From Kiritimatiellia bacterium (GTDB lineage: Bacteria > Verrucomicrobiota > Kiritimatiellia > RFP12 > UBA1067), in assembly GCA_035353175.1 (NCBI GenBank), contig DAOPZC010000018.1:951-64950 (forward strand): 64,000 bases of DNA, written 5' to 3'. A model generated the notes under the pieces. It was given only the letters and a program-made list of their open reading frames with translations. It ran no database searches and was not told the DNA's origin. Below are positions 20,532-30,130 of this stretch, in pieces (the stretch's first letter is position 1; every line of letters starts with the position of its first letter). A program made the translations under genes and the position numbers.

Positions 20532-20821
20532 GGTGACGCCCTTTCGGTTGATTTCAAAGTAGATCACTTTTCATCGGCATTCAAGCTTATTTGAACCGGT
20601 TGTTTAATAGCAAAGGATGTGCCATGGTCAGCCATAATGTAAATAATTTCTATAGACCATATTTATTATTATGAAATCGATTCAACCGACAAATTTCTCT
20701 CGCCGCTACCGGCCAGAAAGTCGCTTCTGGCCGCGACAGAATGACGCGGCTTCGAATAAACGCGCTTCAAGGCGGTCGCGCCAGAATCCTCCGGGGCGGC
20801 CGTGGTTGCGCCGTTCGTTTC

Positions 20822-21661
20822 TCAGGCGAACAGGGAGCGCGCAAAATCTCCGTTGCGGCGGGCGTCGGCCACGCCGTTCTTCGAGGGGCTGGAGGTTTCG
20901 AGCACGATCCAACCCCGGTAGTCGATCGCTTTGATCGCGGCGGCGGCGGTTTCGAAGAAGGGCTTGTCCTCGTCGAGATATTTGGGCCCGTTCTTAAAGT
21001 GGATCTGTGCGATGCGGCCCTTGAGGCGCAGGATTTCCGCGGGCACGTCGTACCCCATGGATTTGCCGATATTGAAGACGTCGTAATAGAGGCGTATCGC
21101 GTCACTGCCGACCGCGTCCAGCAGCCGCAGGTTCTGTTCGGCGCTCAGCAGATTCTCGACGGCCAGGGTCACGCCTGCCGCCTGCGCTTGCGGGGCGGCG
21201 GCCTTAAGGCGCTGGACCACGGTGGCGAACTCGGGCTCTTTGATTTTTTTGTCGGACTGGAGGTCGCCTTTGCCGAAAAAGGCGACCAGGATGGTTGGGA
21301 TGCGCAAATCCTTGGCGGCATCGATGCATTGGGTGAGCCAGGCGGGGCCGCGGGGGTCGGTGGCCAGCGGGAAGTTGTTGAGCAAACCCATCATGATCGA
21401 GCAGACCGGGAGCCCGGTGGCCGCCATTTGCGTCTTGTACTTCGCGCGCGTTTCGGCTTTGGCGATGCTCAGTTCGTCGGCTTCGGTGCCCGCGCCGACT
21501 TCGACGCCGTCGAGCCCCGCCTGCTTGGCCGCGTCGAGCCCGACGACGCAGGAGCCGAACGTGATGCCGGGGCTGGCCGCATGCGCCGCTTTCGGCCATA
21601 ATGCGGCCGTTGCGAGCGCAGAGGAGGCTGCCTGGATAAAAGCCCTGCGTGTCGGATCCAT
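20822..21661 (-). CDS. Sugar phosphate isomerase/epimerase (xylose-isomerase-like TIM barrel) with TAT signal
   Basis: RRAFIQAASSALATAALW TAT-like N-terminus. TIM-barrel AP-endonuclease/xylose-isomerase-like segments (LAVENL..., IHFKNG). Confidence 0.7.
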   Translation of the reverse strand: MDPTRRAFIQAASSALATAALWPKAAHAASPGITFGSCVVGLDAAKQAGLDGVEVGAGTEADELSIAKAETRAKYKTQMAATGLPVCSIMMGLLNNFPLATDPRGPAWLTQCIDAAKDLRIPTILVAFFGKGDLQSDKKIKEPEFATVVQRLKAAAPQAQAAGVTLAVENLLSAEQNLRLLDAVGSDAIRLYYDVFNIGKSMGYDVPAEILRLKGRIAQIHFKNGPKYLDEDKPFFETAAAAIKAIDYRGWIVLETSSPSKNGVADARRNGDFARSLFA

Positions 21662-21677
21662 GTGTTTCCCTCCCGTA

Positions 21678-22250
21678 TTACGGCTCGACCAGCAGCAGGT
21701 CCAGCTGTTTGAGCGAGCCCTTCATGCTGACTCCAGTGACGGCAACCGTGATTTTCTCGCCGACTTGAAAGCGGCGAGGAAAGTCTGCGATCAGCGTTTC
21801 GGAAGCGATGACGCCATCACTGCCGATGTGGCTCGGCAGGGTGACGAGAAGCCCGTGCGTCGGGGAGACCGCTTTGATTTCGCCCCGCAACAGGCGGCTT
21901 CTTTTGCCCGCGACGACCTGGGAGCGGCGCACGCCCGGCTCCCGTAGCAACGGCTCGGTTGCGGGGGTGTTGGTCCAGACATACTCGGCCGTCTCGGGCG
22001 GCTTTTCCGCCGCGGGCGCAGTTGCCGTGTCACCGCTCTGTTTCTCCTGGACGGGCTCCTTCGGCGCCGGCACGTTCGCGAACGAAAGGAGATCCGATGG
22101 CGCGACTTGCGGCAAATTCGTGAACAGGGAGGTGACGCTCGGCGGAAGAAAGGCCGGTGGCCGGACCCACACGCAATACGCAGCGAATCCCAGAAGGGCT
22201 GCCATGAGCGATCCCAGCAAGGAAAAAACAATGATTTTCTTTCGGCGCAT
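21678..22250 (-). CDS. Hypothetical membrane-anchored protein
   Basis: One N-terminal TM helix, a Pro/Ala-rich linker and a C-terminal small beta-rich domain. It sits between the FAD oxidoreductase and the isomerase, co-oriented with 17-33 nt gaps. Confidence 0.4.
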   Translation of the reverse strand: MRRKKIIVFSLLGSLMAALLGFAAYCVWVRPPAFLPPSVTSLFTNLPQVAPSDLLSFANVPAPKEPVQEKQSGDTATAPAAEKPPETAEYVWTNTPATEPLLREPGVRRSQVVAGKRSRLLRGEIKAVSPTHGLLVTLPSHIGSDGVIASETLIADFPRRFQVGEKITVAVTGVSMKGSLKQLDLLLVEP

Positions 22251-22282
22251 ATGCGGTGTTTATCGCTTTTTGATCCCGGCGG

Positions 22283-23725
22283 CTATTTTCCCAGCGAATC
22301 CAGCACCTTCTTCGCCTCAGGCCAGGCGACCTCGTGCGGCGGGCGCTTGGTCTTGGCTGCGAGAGCGGCCACCACACCGGCCGCCTCGCCGGTGGCCACC
22401 GAGTTGCCGGTGACGCGGTAGCTGGCGTGCGCGACGAAGTCTCCGCTGATGCAGCGTCCTGCCATCATCAGCCCGTCCACGTCTTTTGCGATCAGCGCGC
22501 GCAGGGGAATATCATACGGCAGGGCCCGTGTAATGCCCCCGCGGCCGATCGTCTCCGTGTTGTTCTTTTCGCGCGTCACGGCGTGGATGTCGACGCCGAA
22601 GGTCACGCGGGCCACCGCGTCGTCGTGGCGTGCGCCCTTGATCAGATCGTCTTTGAGAACCCTGTAGCGCCCGTGGATGCGCCGTCCGTCGCGGATGCCG
22701 ATTTGTTCGGCGGTCGCCACGATCTGTAAATCATTCCAGATTCCGCCGAGCTTGCGTAGGCCCCGCATGATCTCGAAGACCTCTTTGCGCGAATGCAGGG
22801 TCGCGGCGGTCAGGGCGTCGGCGTCATACGGCCTCACGCCGTATTCGTGATTGAACATCAGGAGCACCACGTTATCTCGCACCGGGAAAATGGTGGGCAT
22901 GCCATAGGAAGGGTCGATGCCTGCCCGCTGGATTTCGGCCTTCACCCGCCGCGTGGCTTCCACGTGCCCCTTCAGATCGTTCTCGGACAGATAAGGTTTA
23001 AGCTGGCGCACATCCCGCACGACCGCCAGCACATTGAGCGTCAGCGGCTGGCACGCGCCGGTTTCAGGGTGGCCGATGTCCCAGCCGCAGCCGGCTTGCG
23101 CGCCGAGGTCGCCGTCGCCGGTGGCGTCGATGAACACGGGGGCGCGCCACGCTTCGCGTCCGGACTTGGATTCGGTCGCGATGGCGGACAGCCGGGGCCC
23201 TTCACGGTAAGCGGCCGTGACGCCCGTCTGCAAACGGATTTTGACGCCCGCTTCGCCGCACAGTTCTTCGAGCAGGATTTTCATCTCCTCCGGCTCATAG
23301 ACGAACATGGAGGGGTGGCTGCCGTGCCGTGCGCCGCGCGCGTCGAGGCGGCGCGTGATCTCGCGCGCAAGGCCTTGTTTGTCGAAGTCGAAAATCCACG
23401 TCAGAAGGCCTGCGGTCCAGACGCCGCCGAGGCAGCCGTGGAGATCGAAAAGGCGTGTGCGCGCCCCCGCCCGCGCCGCGGTGATCGCGGCGGCCACGCC
23501 CGCCGGGCCCGCGCCGCAGACGATCACGTCGGCGTCATCGTGAAGCGGCACGTCGCGCGCCGCTTCACGGAAAAGGCCTTCCGGCACACGTCCCGCCGCG
23601 CCGGCGCTTGCGCAGCCCGCCAAGAGCGGAAGTCCCGTCGCCCCCGCCGCGGCCTGGAAAAAAGAACGCCGACTTATCCGGTTTGCACGGGCGCAAACCG
23701 TCTGCGATTTCACTGCCGAAGTCAT
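22283..23725 (-). CDS. FAD-dependent oxidoreductase (TAT-exported; the family abundant in PVC bacteria)
   Basis: RRSFFQAAAGATGL TAT motif. DVIVCGAGPAGVAAAITAARAGART dinucleotide-binding motif. Paralog of the CDS at 30131..31507. Confidence 0.75.
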   Translation of the reverse strand: MTSAVKSQTVCARANRISRRSFFQAAAGATGLPLLAGCASAGAAGRVPEGLFREAARDVPLHDDADVIVCGAGPAGVAAAITAARAGARTRLFDLHGCLGGVWTAGLLTWIFDFDKQGLAREITRRLDARGARHGSHPSMFVYEPEEMKILLEELCGEAGVKIRLQTGVTAAYREGPRLSAIATESKSGREAWRAPVFIDATGDGDLGAQAGCGWDIGHPETGACQPLTLNVLAVVRDVRQLKPYLSENDLKGHVEATRRVKAEIQRAGIDPSYGMPTIFPVRDNVVLLMFNHEYGVRPYDADALTAATLHSRKEVFEIMRGLRKLGGIWNDLQIVATAEQIGIRDGRRIHGRYRVLKDDLIKGARHDDAVARVTFGVDIHAVTREKNNTETIGRGGITRALPYDIPLRALIAKDVDGLMMAGRCISGDFVAHASYRVTGNSVATGEAAGVVAALAAKTKRPPHEVAWPEAKKVLDSLGK

Positions 23726-23755
23726 GTTGCTATTATGCCTTGCCTGTAAAAGAAG

Positions 23756-24805
23756 TCAAATCCCATTTGCCGTGACGTGTGCGGCGAGCATGCCGCAGGC
23801 GGCGTGAATGTCTTTACCACCGCTGTACCGGCGGATAACGGGAGCCGCCAGGTGGGCCCGCAGGGCGTCGCGGAAAGCGTCGCGCTCGGCGTCGCTGGGC
23901 GGCATGAAGTGACCGGTCGCGTCGTTTACATCGATGAGGTCGATCTGGACGGGAAGGCCCCTGGCCCACTCCGCCAATTGCCGCGCGTCGTCTTCCCCGG
24001 TGTTGAAGCCGGAAATCATGGTCCATGCCAGGGTGACGCGCCGTCCGGTCGCGGCGTGGTATTCGACCAGCGCGTCGTGCAGGTCAGCAGAAGAACAGGT
24101 GTCCTCGACCGGCATGACGCTCCGGCGCTTCGCGGGGTCTGCCGCGGTCAGAGAGACGATCAGGCGGAAGGCATGCCCATCCCGGGCCAGCCGGCGGATG
24201 GCGGGCACGATGCCGACGGTCGAGATCGTGATCGCTTTGGCGGCGATGGCGAGACCGCTTGGCTCCGAACAGATGCGTGCAGCTTGGATGACCGCGGCGG
24301 CGTTGAGCAGGGGTTCGCCCATGCCCATGAAGACGACGCCGCGTACGGGGGGCGCCACGTCGCGCCGGATCTGGGCGATCTGCGCGATGATTTCCCACGC
24401 GGCCAGATTCCGCGTGAAACCCAGGCGGCCCGTCGCGCAAAAGGCACACCCCATCGCGCAGCCGACTTGCGAGCTGACGCAGACAATGGTCTTCGGGGAA
24501 TTCTCCTTGTGAGTCAGCGGAATGGCAACCGCTTCAAAACGGGCGCCGTCGGGGGCTTGGAAGAGGTATTTGACGAATCCGTCGATCGGCGATATGCGCC
24601 GGTCGGCGACGGCCAGTTCGGGGATATACAGCGCGAGCCGGATACGCTCCAGCCAACGGGCGGAAAGGGTCGTGTCGTCGGTCGGCCATACGCCGTTGCG
24701 CAAGGCGGACGAGAGCAGCCTGCGCGCAAGGCGGGGCGTCATGCCCAGATGGGCATAACGCGCGGCGAGTTCCTGAGGGGTGAAATTGCTGAGCGGTTCC
24801 GGCAT
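23756..24805 (-). CDS. rlmN: Radical SAM 23S rRNA/tRNA adenine-C2 methyltransferase RlmN
   Basis: CVSSQVGCAMGCAFCATG radical-SAM cluster motif. RlmN/Cfr-type N- and C-terminal conserved Cys residues (CGMLA). Confidence 0.8.
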   Translation of the reverse strand: MPEPLSNFTPQELAARYAHLGMTPRLARRLLSSALRNGVWPTDDTTLSARWLERIRLALYIPELAVADRRISPIDGFVKYLFQAPDGARFEAVAIPLTHKENSPKTIVCVSSQVGCAMGCAFCATGRLGFTRNLAAWEIIAQIAQIRRDVAPPVRGVVFMGMGEPLLNAAAVIQAARICSEPSGLAIAAKAITISTVGIVPAIRRLARDGHAFRLIVSLTAADPAKRRSVMPVEDTCSSADLHDALVEYHAATGRRVTLAWTMISGFNTGEDDARQLAEWARGLPVQIDLIDVNDATGHFMPPSDAERDAFRDALRAHLAAPVIRRYSGGKDIHAACGMLAAHVTANGI

Positions 24806-25087
24806 GCGTCCTATTTCATCTTTGACGGCAAGGAGGTGATTCGGCCCGCGCCCCGCTCGGCGGGCTTCCGCGAGAGGCCGAAGGCTGCGTTTCCCTTTTC
24901 ATCAGAGCTCCTTGGTGAAAACGTCGCGATCACATGGCAAAGCTTGTGCCATACGCGGGAACTTGTCAACAGCAAGGCGTCTTAAAGTTCAACGTCCGAC
25001 GGCGGGCACAGTTAAGCGGTTGCGAATGGGCGGAGGGTTCTTTAAGATACGGGGTGTCGATCATTGAAGCGTAAAAGGGGGGGCGAC

Positions 25088-26836
25088 ATGTTTTGCAAAG
25101 AAGCGGCGGGCCGGTACCGGACATTGCGGCAGTGCATGCGGGGCGTGGGGTTTGTGGCGCTGGTGTTCAGCTTCACGGTGGCGGCTCTGCTGGCCGCGGA
25201 CGCGTATCGGTCCGGCCCCGCGGAGACCGTGCGCGCGGAGGTGCTCGAGCAGTCGTTGGCGCGCGGCCGCGCCGCGCCGCAAGACGCGCAGGCGGTGGCT
25301 TTCGCCCGGGAGCTGGATCGTTTGGCGCGCCGGGCTTATTTCAACAGCCTGACGTTCCGTCAGGGCGGTATGGCGCTGTTGGTGCTGGGGCTGCTGGCCA
25401 CGGCCGGCTGCTTCGGCGTGGCGTGGCGGATCAGCCTCTCGATTCCCGACCCGCGGATGCTGGGGGAAGAAGATCCGGCGGGGGCTGACCGGTTGGCGGT
25501 GAAGGCGGTGCTGGGGGCGGGAATCGCGCTGCTGGCGGGAGCCGCGGTGCTGCAGGTCACGCTGGGACGGCGCGAGCCGTCGCCGGCAGACCGCGCGCTG
25601 CGGGTGAGCCTCAAAAATCCTGAACTCAAGCCGGGCGAGGAAAATGTTTGCCCGTGCCGCAGGGGTACGGCCCAGACCGCGCTTGCGGAACAGTGGCCTT
25701 TCATGCGCGGGCCGTCGATGTCGGGACGGTCGACGCTGACCAACCTGCCGGTGTCGTGGAACGGCGCGACCGGGCAGCGCGTCCGGTGGAAGGCCGAACT
25801 GACGCGTGGCGGCTCGAGCACGCCGGTCGTGTGGAAGAACCGGCTTTTCCTGACGGCGGGCGACGCCGCGGCGCGCACGGTGATGGCGCATGATGCCGAG
25901 ACCGGCGCGCTGCTGTGGAAAACCGATATTCCCGACGGGGCCAAAGGCGGCGAGCCGTTGCCGGAGGTCGGCGAAGAGACCGGGTATGCGGCGTCGAGCC
26001 CCGCCTGTGACGAGGCGCAGGTTTATGCGGTGTTTGCCACGGGCGATGTCGCGGCGCTGGACCACGCCGGCAAGATCGTCTGGCAGGTGTTCCTGGGGCG
26101 TCCCAAGAACACCTACGGCCACGCCTCGTCGCTGGTGTATTGCGGCGAAATGCTCATTGTGCAGTGGGACCAGGAGGAGCACGGCCGCATTCTGGCTTTG
26201 GATAAGAAGAGCGGCAAGACGCTGTGGGAAACGCCGCGCGAGGTCGGGATGTCTTGGAGCACGCCGGTCGTGATGCCGCTTTGCGACCGGTTCGTGTTGC
26301 TGATCCACGCGAACCAACAGACGTGGGGACTGGAGCTGGCCTCCGGCAAGAAGCTGTGGCAGGTCGAGGCCGTGAGCGGCGAGATCGCGCCGTCGCTGGC
26401 GTGGGAGGGAGACGTCTGGCTCGCCGCCAATTGCTATTCGAAAATGGTGGCCTTCAAGCTGCCGCAGCAGGGAGATCCCCAGAAGCTGTGGGAGTGGGAA
26501 GACGGCAATCTGCCCGACGTGGCGAGCCCCGTGATCGCGGATGGACTGGTCTATCTCGTGACCGATGCGGGCGAGGTGCTGTGTCATGATCTGGCCGACG
26601 GCAAGCAGGTGTGGAGAAAAGAGCTCGAGGACGGCTTCTATGCCTCGCCGGTGGTTGCGGACGGCAAACTCTACGTGGTGGATCGCGTCAAGGGCGCATT
26701 CCGCGTGTACGCGGCGGGCCGTGAAGGGAAAGAATTGTCCGTGAATCCGATGGGGGATGCGGTCTGCTCCACGCCCGCCTTCGCGGGCGGCCGCATTTAT
26801 GTGCGCGGCCGCACGTGCCTCTGGTGCGTGGAGTGA
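25088..26836 (+). CDS. Membrane-anchored PQQ-like beta-propeller repeat protein
   Basis: Three N-terminal TM helices. Repeated ...G.L.A.D..TGK.LW... PQQ/BamB-like blades. Confidence 0.65.
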   Translation: MFCKEAAGRYRTLRQCMRGVGFVALVFSFTVAALLAADAYRSGPAETVRAEVLEQSLARGRAAPQDAQAVAFARELDRLARRAYFNSLTFRQGGMALLVLGLLATAGCFGVAWRISLSIPDPRMLGEEDPAGADRLAVKAVLGAGIALLAGAAVLQVTLGRREPSPADRALRVSLKNPELKPGEENVCPCRRGTAQTALAEQWPFMRGPSMSGRSTLTNLPVSWNGATGQRVRWKAELTRGGSSTPVVWKNRLFLTAGDAAARTVMAHDAETGALLWKTDIPDGAKGGEPLPEVGEETGYAASSPACDEAQVYAVFATGDVAALDHAGKIVWQVFLGRPKNTYGHASSLVYCGEMLIVQWDQEEHGRILALDKKSGKTLWETPREVGMSWSTPVVMPLCDRFVLLIHANQQTWGLELASGKKLWQVEAVSGEIAPSLAWEGDVWLAANCYSKMVAFKLPQQGDPQKLWEWEDGNLPDVASPVIADGLVYLVTDAGEVLCHDLADGKQVWRKELEDGFYASPVVADGKLYVVDRVKGAFRVYAAGREGKELSVNPMGDAVCSTPAFAGGRIYVRGRTCLWCVE

Positions 26837-26845
26837 GGCTCCGGC

Positions 26846-27919
26846 TTATCCGCGCGCCGCGCCGAATTTGACATAGACCGGACGGTAGAGGCCGAAGGGC
26901 CCGTGGGCGGGCGTGAACTTGCCGCTGGCTTTGTCGTAGGCGTAGGACATGAGTTCGTTCGAGTTCTCATGGCCCAGCAGCACAAACTTCTCGCCGGGCA
27001 TGAATTCGAAATCCCGCGGCGACTTGCCGACCAGTCTGGAGATGGCCAGCAGGGACATCTTGCCCGTGTCGGGGTCGATGTCATAGGCGGCGATGCTGTC
27101 GTGGCCGCGGTTAGAGCCGAACAGCTGTTTCCCGTCGGCCGAGATCTTGATGGCCGAGGCTTTGCTGTACTCGGTGAAATCCGGCGGCAGCATCGTCAGC
27201 GTCTGCACGTGCACGAAGGCATCGCCCGTGCACAGGAACGAGGAGATCGTGTTGTTGAGCTCGTGCAGCAGATAGGCGGTTTTCCGGTTGGGGTGGAAAA
27301 TGATGTGGCGCGGCCCCGCGCCGCCCGCGCTGGTGATGGTAAGGTTGGCCTTTTCTTTCAAGCCTGAAGCACGCTCCTGAAAATCGTAGACCTTGACCTG
27401 GTCGATGCCGAGATCCACGACGCAGAGGTGCTTGCCGTCGGGCGAGACTTCCGCGCAGTGGGCGTGGGCCTTTTCCTGGCGTTTCGGGTCAGTTCCCCGG
27501 CCCGTGTGTTTGACCGTGACGGGCGGCGCGTCCGAGATGCGCCCGTCCTCCTTCAGTTCGAAGACCCCGGCAACGGCGTTGGTGTACTCCGCGAAAACGA
27601 GGGCCTTCTCCGCGGGATCGAGCGCCACGTAACAGGGCGCGGTAACGCCGATGCGCTTGTGATTAAGCGGCAGGAGGATGTCCCCCTTGATCGCGTACGC
27701 GGCCACTACGCCGTTCTGGGCGGGAGCGCCGTATTCAGGCATGCCCTGACCCGCGTAGAGGAAGGTGTTGCGCTTGGTCAGCGCCAAAAAAATGGCGTTC
27801 TCGATGCCGCTCACCAGGCCGATGGGGCGGAACGCGCCGGTCTCCGCATCGGTTTCAAAGATGTGGATGCCCTCTTTTTTTGCATCCGTGTAACAGCCGA
27901 CATACGTCACGTACTTCAT
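26846..27919 (-). CDS. 7-bladed beta-propeller lactonase (6-phosphogluconolactonase / 3-carboxymuconate cyclase-like family)
   Basis: MKYVTYVGCYTD...GIHIFE N-terminus and repeated blades typical of the Lactonase family. The track ORF (870 aa, 26846..29458) is a composite; its upstream part is an Arg/Pro-rich antisense read of the next gene. Confidence 0.7.
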   Translation of the reverse strand: MKYVTYVGCYTDAKKEGIHIFETDAETGAFRPIGLVSGIENAIFLALTKRNTFLYAGQGMPEYGAPAQNGVVAAYAIKGDILLPLNHKRIGVTAPCYVALDPAEKALVFAEYTNAVAGVFELKEDGRISDAPPVTVKHTGRGTDPKRQEKAHAHCAEVSPDGKHLCVVDLGIDQVKVYDFQERASGLKEKANLTITSAGGAGPRHIIFHPNRKTAYLLHELNNTISSFLCTGDAFVHVQTLTMLPPDFTEYSKASAIKISADGKQLFGSNRGHDSIAAYDIDPDTGKMSLLAISRLVGKSPRDFEFMPGEKFVLLGHENSNELMSYAYDKASGKFTPAHGPFGLYRPVYVKFGAARG

Positions 27920-27984
27920 GGTGGCATCTCTCCCAAGGTCAGTTCCGGGTGTAGGGTATCGCAAAAACGCGGACGGGGCAAGGA

Positions 27985-29325
27985 TCACAGCGCAAAACGT
28001 TCGTCGTGGATGCGGCGTGCGGGAATGCCCAATCCCGCGAGCGCCTCGCGCACGCCTTTCATCATCGGGGGCGGCCCGCAGAGAAACACGTCGCGCGACG
28101 AGAGGTCCGGCACCCGCCGCGCCAGCAGCGTGCGGTCCACCCGGCCTTTTTCGCCGGTCCAGGCGGGGTCGCCGCTCATGACGGGGGTGAGCGTCAGCCG
28201 TCCGCTGGAGCGCGAGGCTAGTTCTTCCAGCTCGTTCTTGAACACCATCGTCGCGCTGTCTCTGTTCGCATAAATCAAGAGGACGTCGTGGCCGGTCTGA
28301 ACGAGCGTCTCGGCCAAGGACCGGATCGGTGTGATGCCGATTCCTCCCGCAATCAGCAGGGCCCGTTGCGTACGGCAGGCTTTCGCCGTGAACACGCCAT
28401 ACGGCCCTTCGATCAGCACGGGTGTCCCGGGGCTCAGCTCCGGGATGCGCCGGGTGAAATCCCCCAGGCGCTTGATGCTCAGCCGGAGACCGTGGCCGTC
28501 CGGCGGGCGGGATAGCGAAAAGGGGTGCGCTTCCCAGCGAAAGCCCTTCGCGAGAAAACGGACGATCAGAAACTGGCCCGCCTCTGCCCGGAACGCGTCC
28601 AGATGGTTTCCCCCGATGTGGACCGAGGTCACGTCGCCCGCCTCGGCGACGACCTTGTCGACGAAGAAGCGGTGCCGCGCCAGCGCGGCCAACGGCGCGC
28701 CGAAGCGATAGGCGAGAAAGGCGCCTGCCACGCACAGGTAGAGCAGGCACCAGTAGAGCCGGAAGCCGCCGTGTTCGGCGAGGTCGCCTCCGACGGCCAC
28801 CTGGTGCGGGATTGTCAGCCCAAACGCGACATACAGCACCAGATGGGTCGCGTACCAACGCTGATAGGAAAGCCGCGCGGACAGAACCAGCGCGGACGTC
28901 ACTCCGGCGGCCAACATGAATAGCCAGCCCGCGTTGGCGGAGAGGAGACCTTGCCACGACTTGATGAAATCGGCCGACTGTGCCCAGTAGCCGACATCGG
29001 CCTGCATCGCGTGCCCGAACGTTGCGAGCACCGGATGGGCCAGAAGCAGAAAAACAAGGGCAAACCCCGCCACGTGGTGCAGGCGGGTGAGGCGGTCCAT
29101 GCCGAACGACCGCTCCACCCACCGCACCCGGCCGAGCAATGCGAATTGGAACAGAATCGCCAAGGCCGCCAGCAATCCGGTCAGGCGGGCCCACGCCAGC
29201 AACTGGTCCGGCGCACCTCCGACGAGGAGGTTGCCCGTCTCGTGGCAGATGTGGGCCCTGAGCCACACTCCCGCAACGATCAGGAGTTGTGCGCCGGCCA
29301 ATAGAATCACGGCGGCCTTTTTCAT
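27985..29325 (-). CDS. Ferric-reductase/NOX-like membrane flavocytochrome (6-TM heme domain + FAD + NAD(P)H-binding domains)
   Basis: His pairs in TM helices (HHVAGFALVFLLLAHP; ATHLVLYVAFGLTIPHQ). HPFSLS FAD motif, GGIGITP NAD(P) motif, C-terminal CGPPPMM. Confidence 0.7.
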   Translation of the reverse strand: MKKAAVILLAGAQLLIVAGVWLRAHICHETGNLLVGGAPDQLLAWARLTGLLAALAILFQFALLGRVRWVERSFGMDRLTRLHHVAGFALVFLLLAHPVLATFGHAMQADVGYWAQSADFIKSWQGLLSANAGWLFMLAAGVTSALVLSARLSYQRWYATHLVLYVAFGLTIPHQVAVGGDLAEHGGFRLYWCLLYLCVAGAFLAYRFGAPLAALARHRFFVDKVVAEAGDVTSVHIGGNHLDAFRAEAGQFLIVRFLAKGFRWEAHPFSLSRPPDGHGLRLSIKRLGDFTRRIPELSPGTPVLIEGPYGVFTAKACRTQRALLIAGGIGITPIRSLAETLVQTGHDVLLIYANRDSATMVFKNELEELASRSSGRLTLTPVMSGDPAWTGEKGRVDRTLLARRVPDLSSRDVFLCGPPPMMKGVREALAGLGIPARRIHDERFAL

Positions 29326-29331
29326 GGCGGT

Positions 29332-29958
29332 CTATTTCACGGTTTGGAATTTCGTTTTCGGCGCGGAGCAGACCGGGCATTTTTTCAGGGCCGGGTTCAG
29401 GAGCTCGGCATAGCCGCAGATGTCGCAGACCATGAACTCTTTGCCCGCCGCCTTCCACGCGTCGAGTTCGCCGAGTGCCTGCGCGTACAGCTTGGCGTGC
29501 TCGACTTCAGCCATCATGGCGCCCCGGAACGCCTTGACCGCCGCCCCGTTCTTTTCGCTCTTGGCCAGCTTCATGAAGGCCGGGTACATGGTTTCCTTCT
29601 CATACGTCTCGCCGGCCAGGGCGGCTTCGAGATTTTCCTTGGTCGACTTCACCTCGGCCTTTTCGAGGGTCGCCTTGGGTTCCGCGCCGAGTTTGGTGAT
29701 GACGGCAGCCTGCTTCTGGGCGTGGATTCCTTCGGACCGCGACGCCGCGCGGAACAGCGCCGCGACCGACTTGTAGCCCTCCTCGTCCGCCTTGGCCGCG
29801 AAGGCCTCGTATTTGGCTTTGGCGTTGGACTCGCCGTTGAAAGACGCCTGGAGGTTCTCCAGGGTCGATTTGCCCGCACCCGCTTCCGCCGCATTTAACA
29901 TGCCCGCCAGACCCGCGCACATCAGCGCGACCGCACCCGCCACTTGCATCGTTCTCAT
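29332..29958 (-). CDS. Rubrerythrin (diiron ferritin-like domain + C-terminal rubredoxin-like CxxC/CxxC) with N-terminal signal peptide
   Basis: Signal-like MRTMQVAGAVALMCAGLAGMLNAAEA. E..E..H diiron ligand pattern (ENLQASFNGESNAKAKY..., EGIHAQK). CDICGY...CPVCSAP. AAGGAG RBS upstream of the ATG at 29958. Confidence 0.75.
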   Translation of the reverse strand: MRTMQVAGAVALMCAGLAGMLNAAEAGAGKSTLENLQASFNGESNAKAKYEAFAAKADEEGYKSVAALFRAASRSEGIHAQKQAAVITKLGAEPKATLEKAEVKSTKENLEAALAGETYEKETMYPAFMKLAKSEKNGAAVKAFRGAMMAEVEHAKLYAQALGELDAWKAAGKEFMVCDICGYAELLNPALKKCPVCSAPKTKFQTVK

Positions 29959-30130
29959 ACTGATGACTCCTTTTCTGGGACGCCTCACGTCCGAGGACGA
30001 CCCGTTTGTCCGACAGGATCTTCCATGACCCGCATGAAAGACCAGATAAGTTAAGATTCATTTTCCCATAGTCGGGGTTTTTCGACAAGCGGGATTGACA
30101 CCGCATTTTCCTTTTCTGTAAGGTGAACAC

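Noticed and set aside
20705-20735. 9-bp stem hairpin CGGCCAGAA-agtcgc-TTCTGGCCG downstream of the isomerase gene
   Set aside because: No U-tract on either strand; could be a weak or rho-dependent stop, or coincidental.
26846-29458. 870-aa track ORF
   Set aside because: It is a composite. Only the last 357 codons (from MKYVTYV, start 27919) form the lactonase. The upstream portion is an out-of-frame antisense read over the NOX-like gene.
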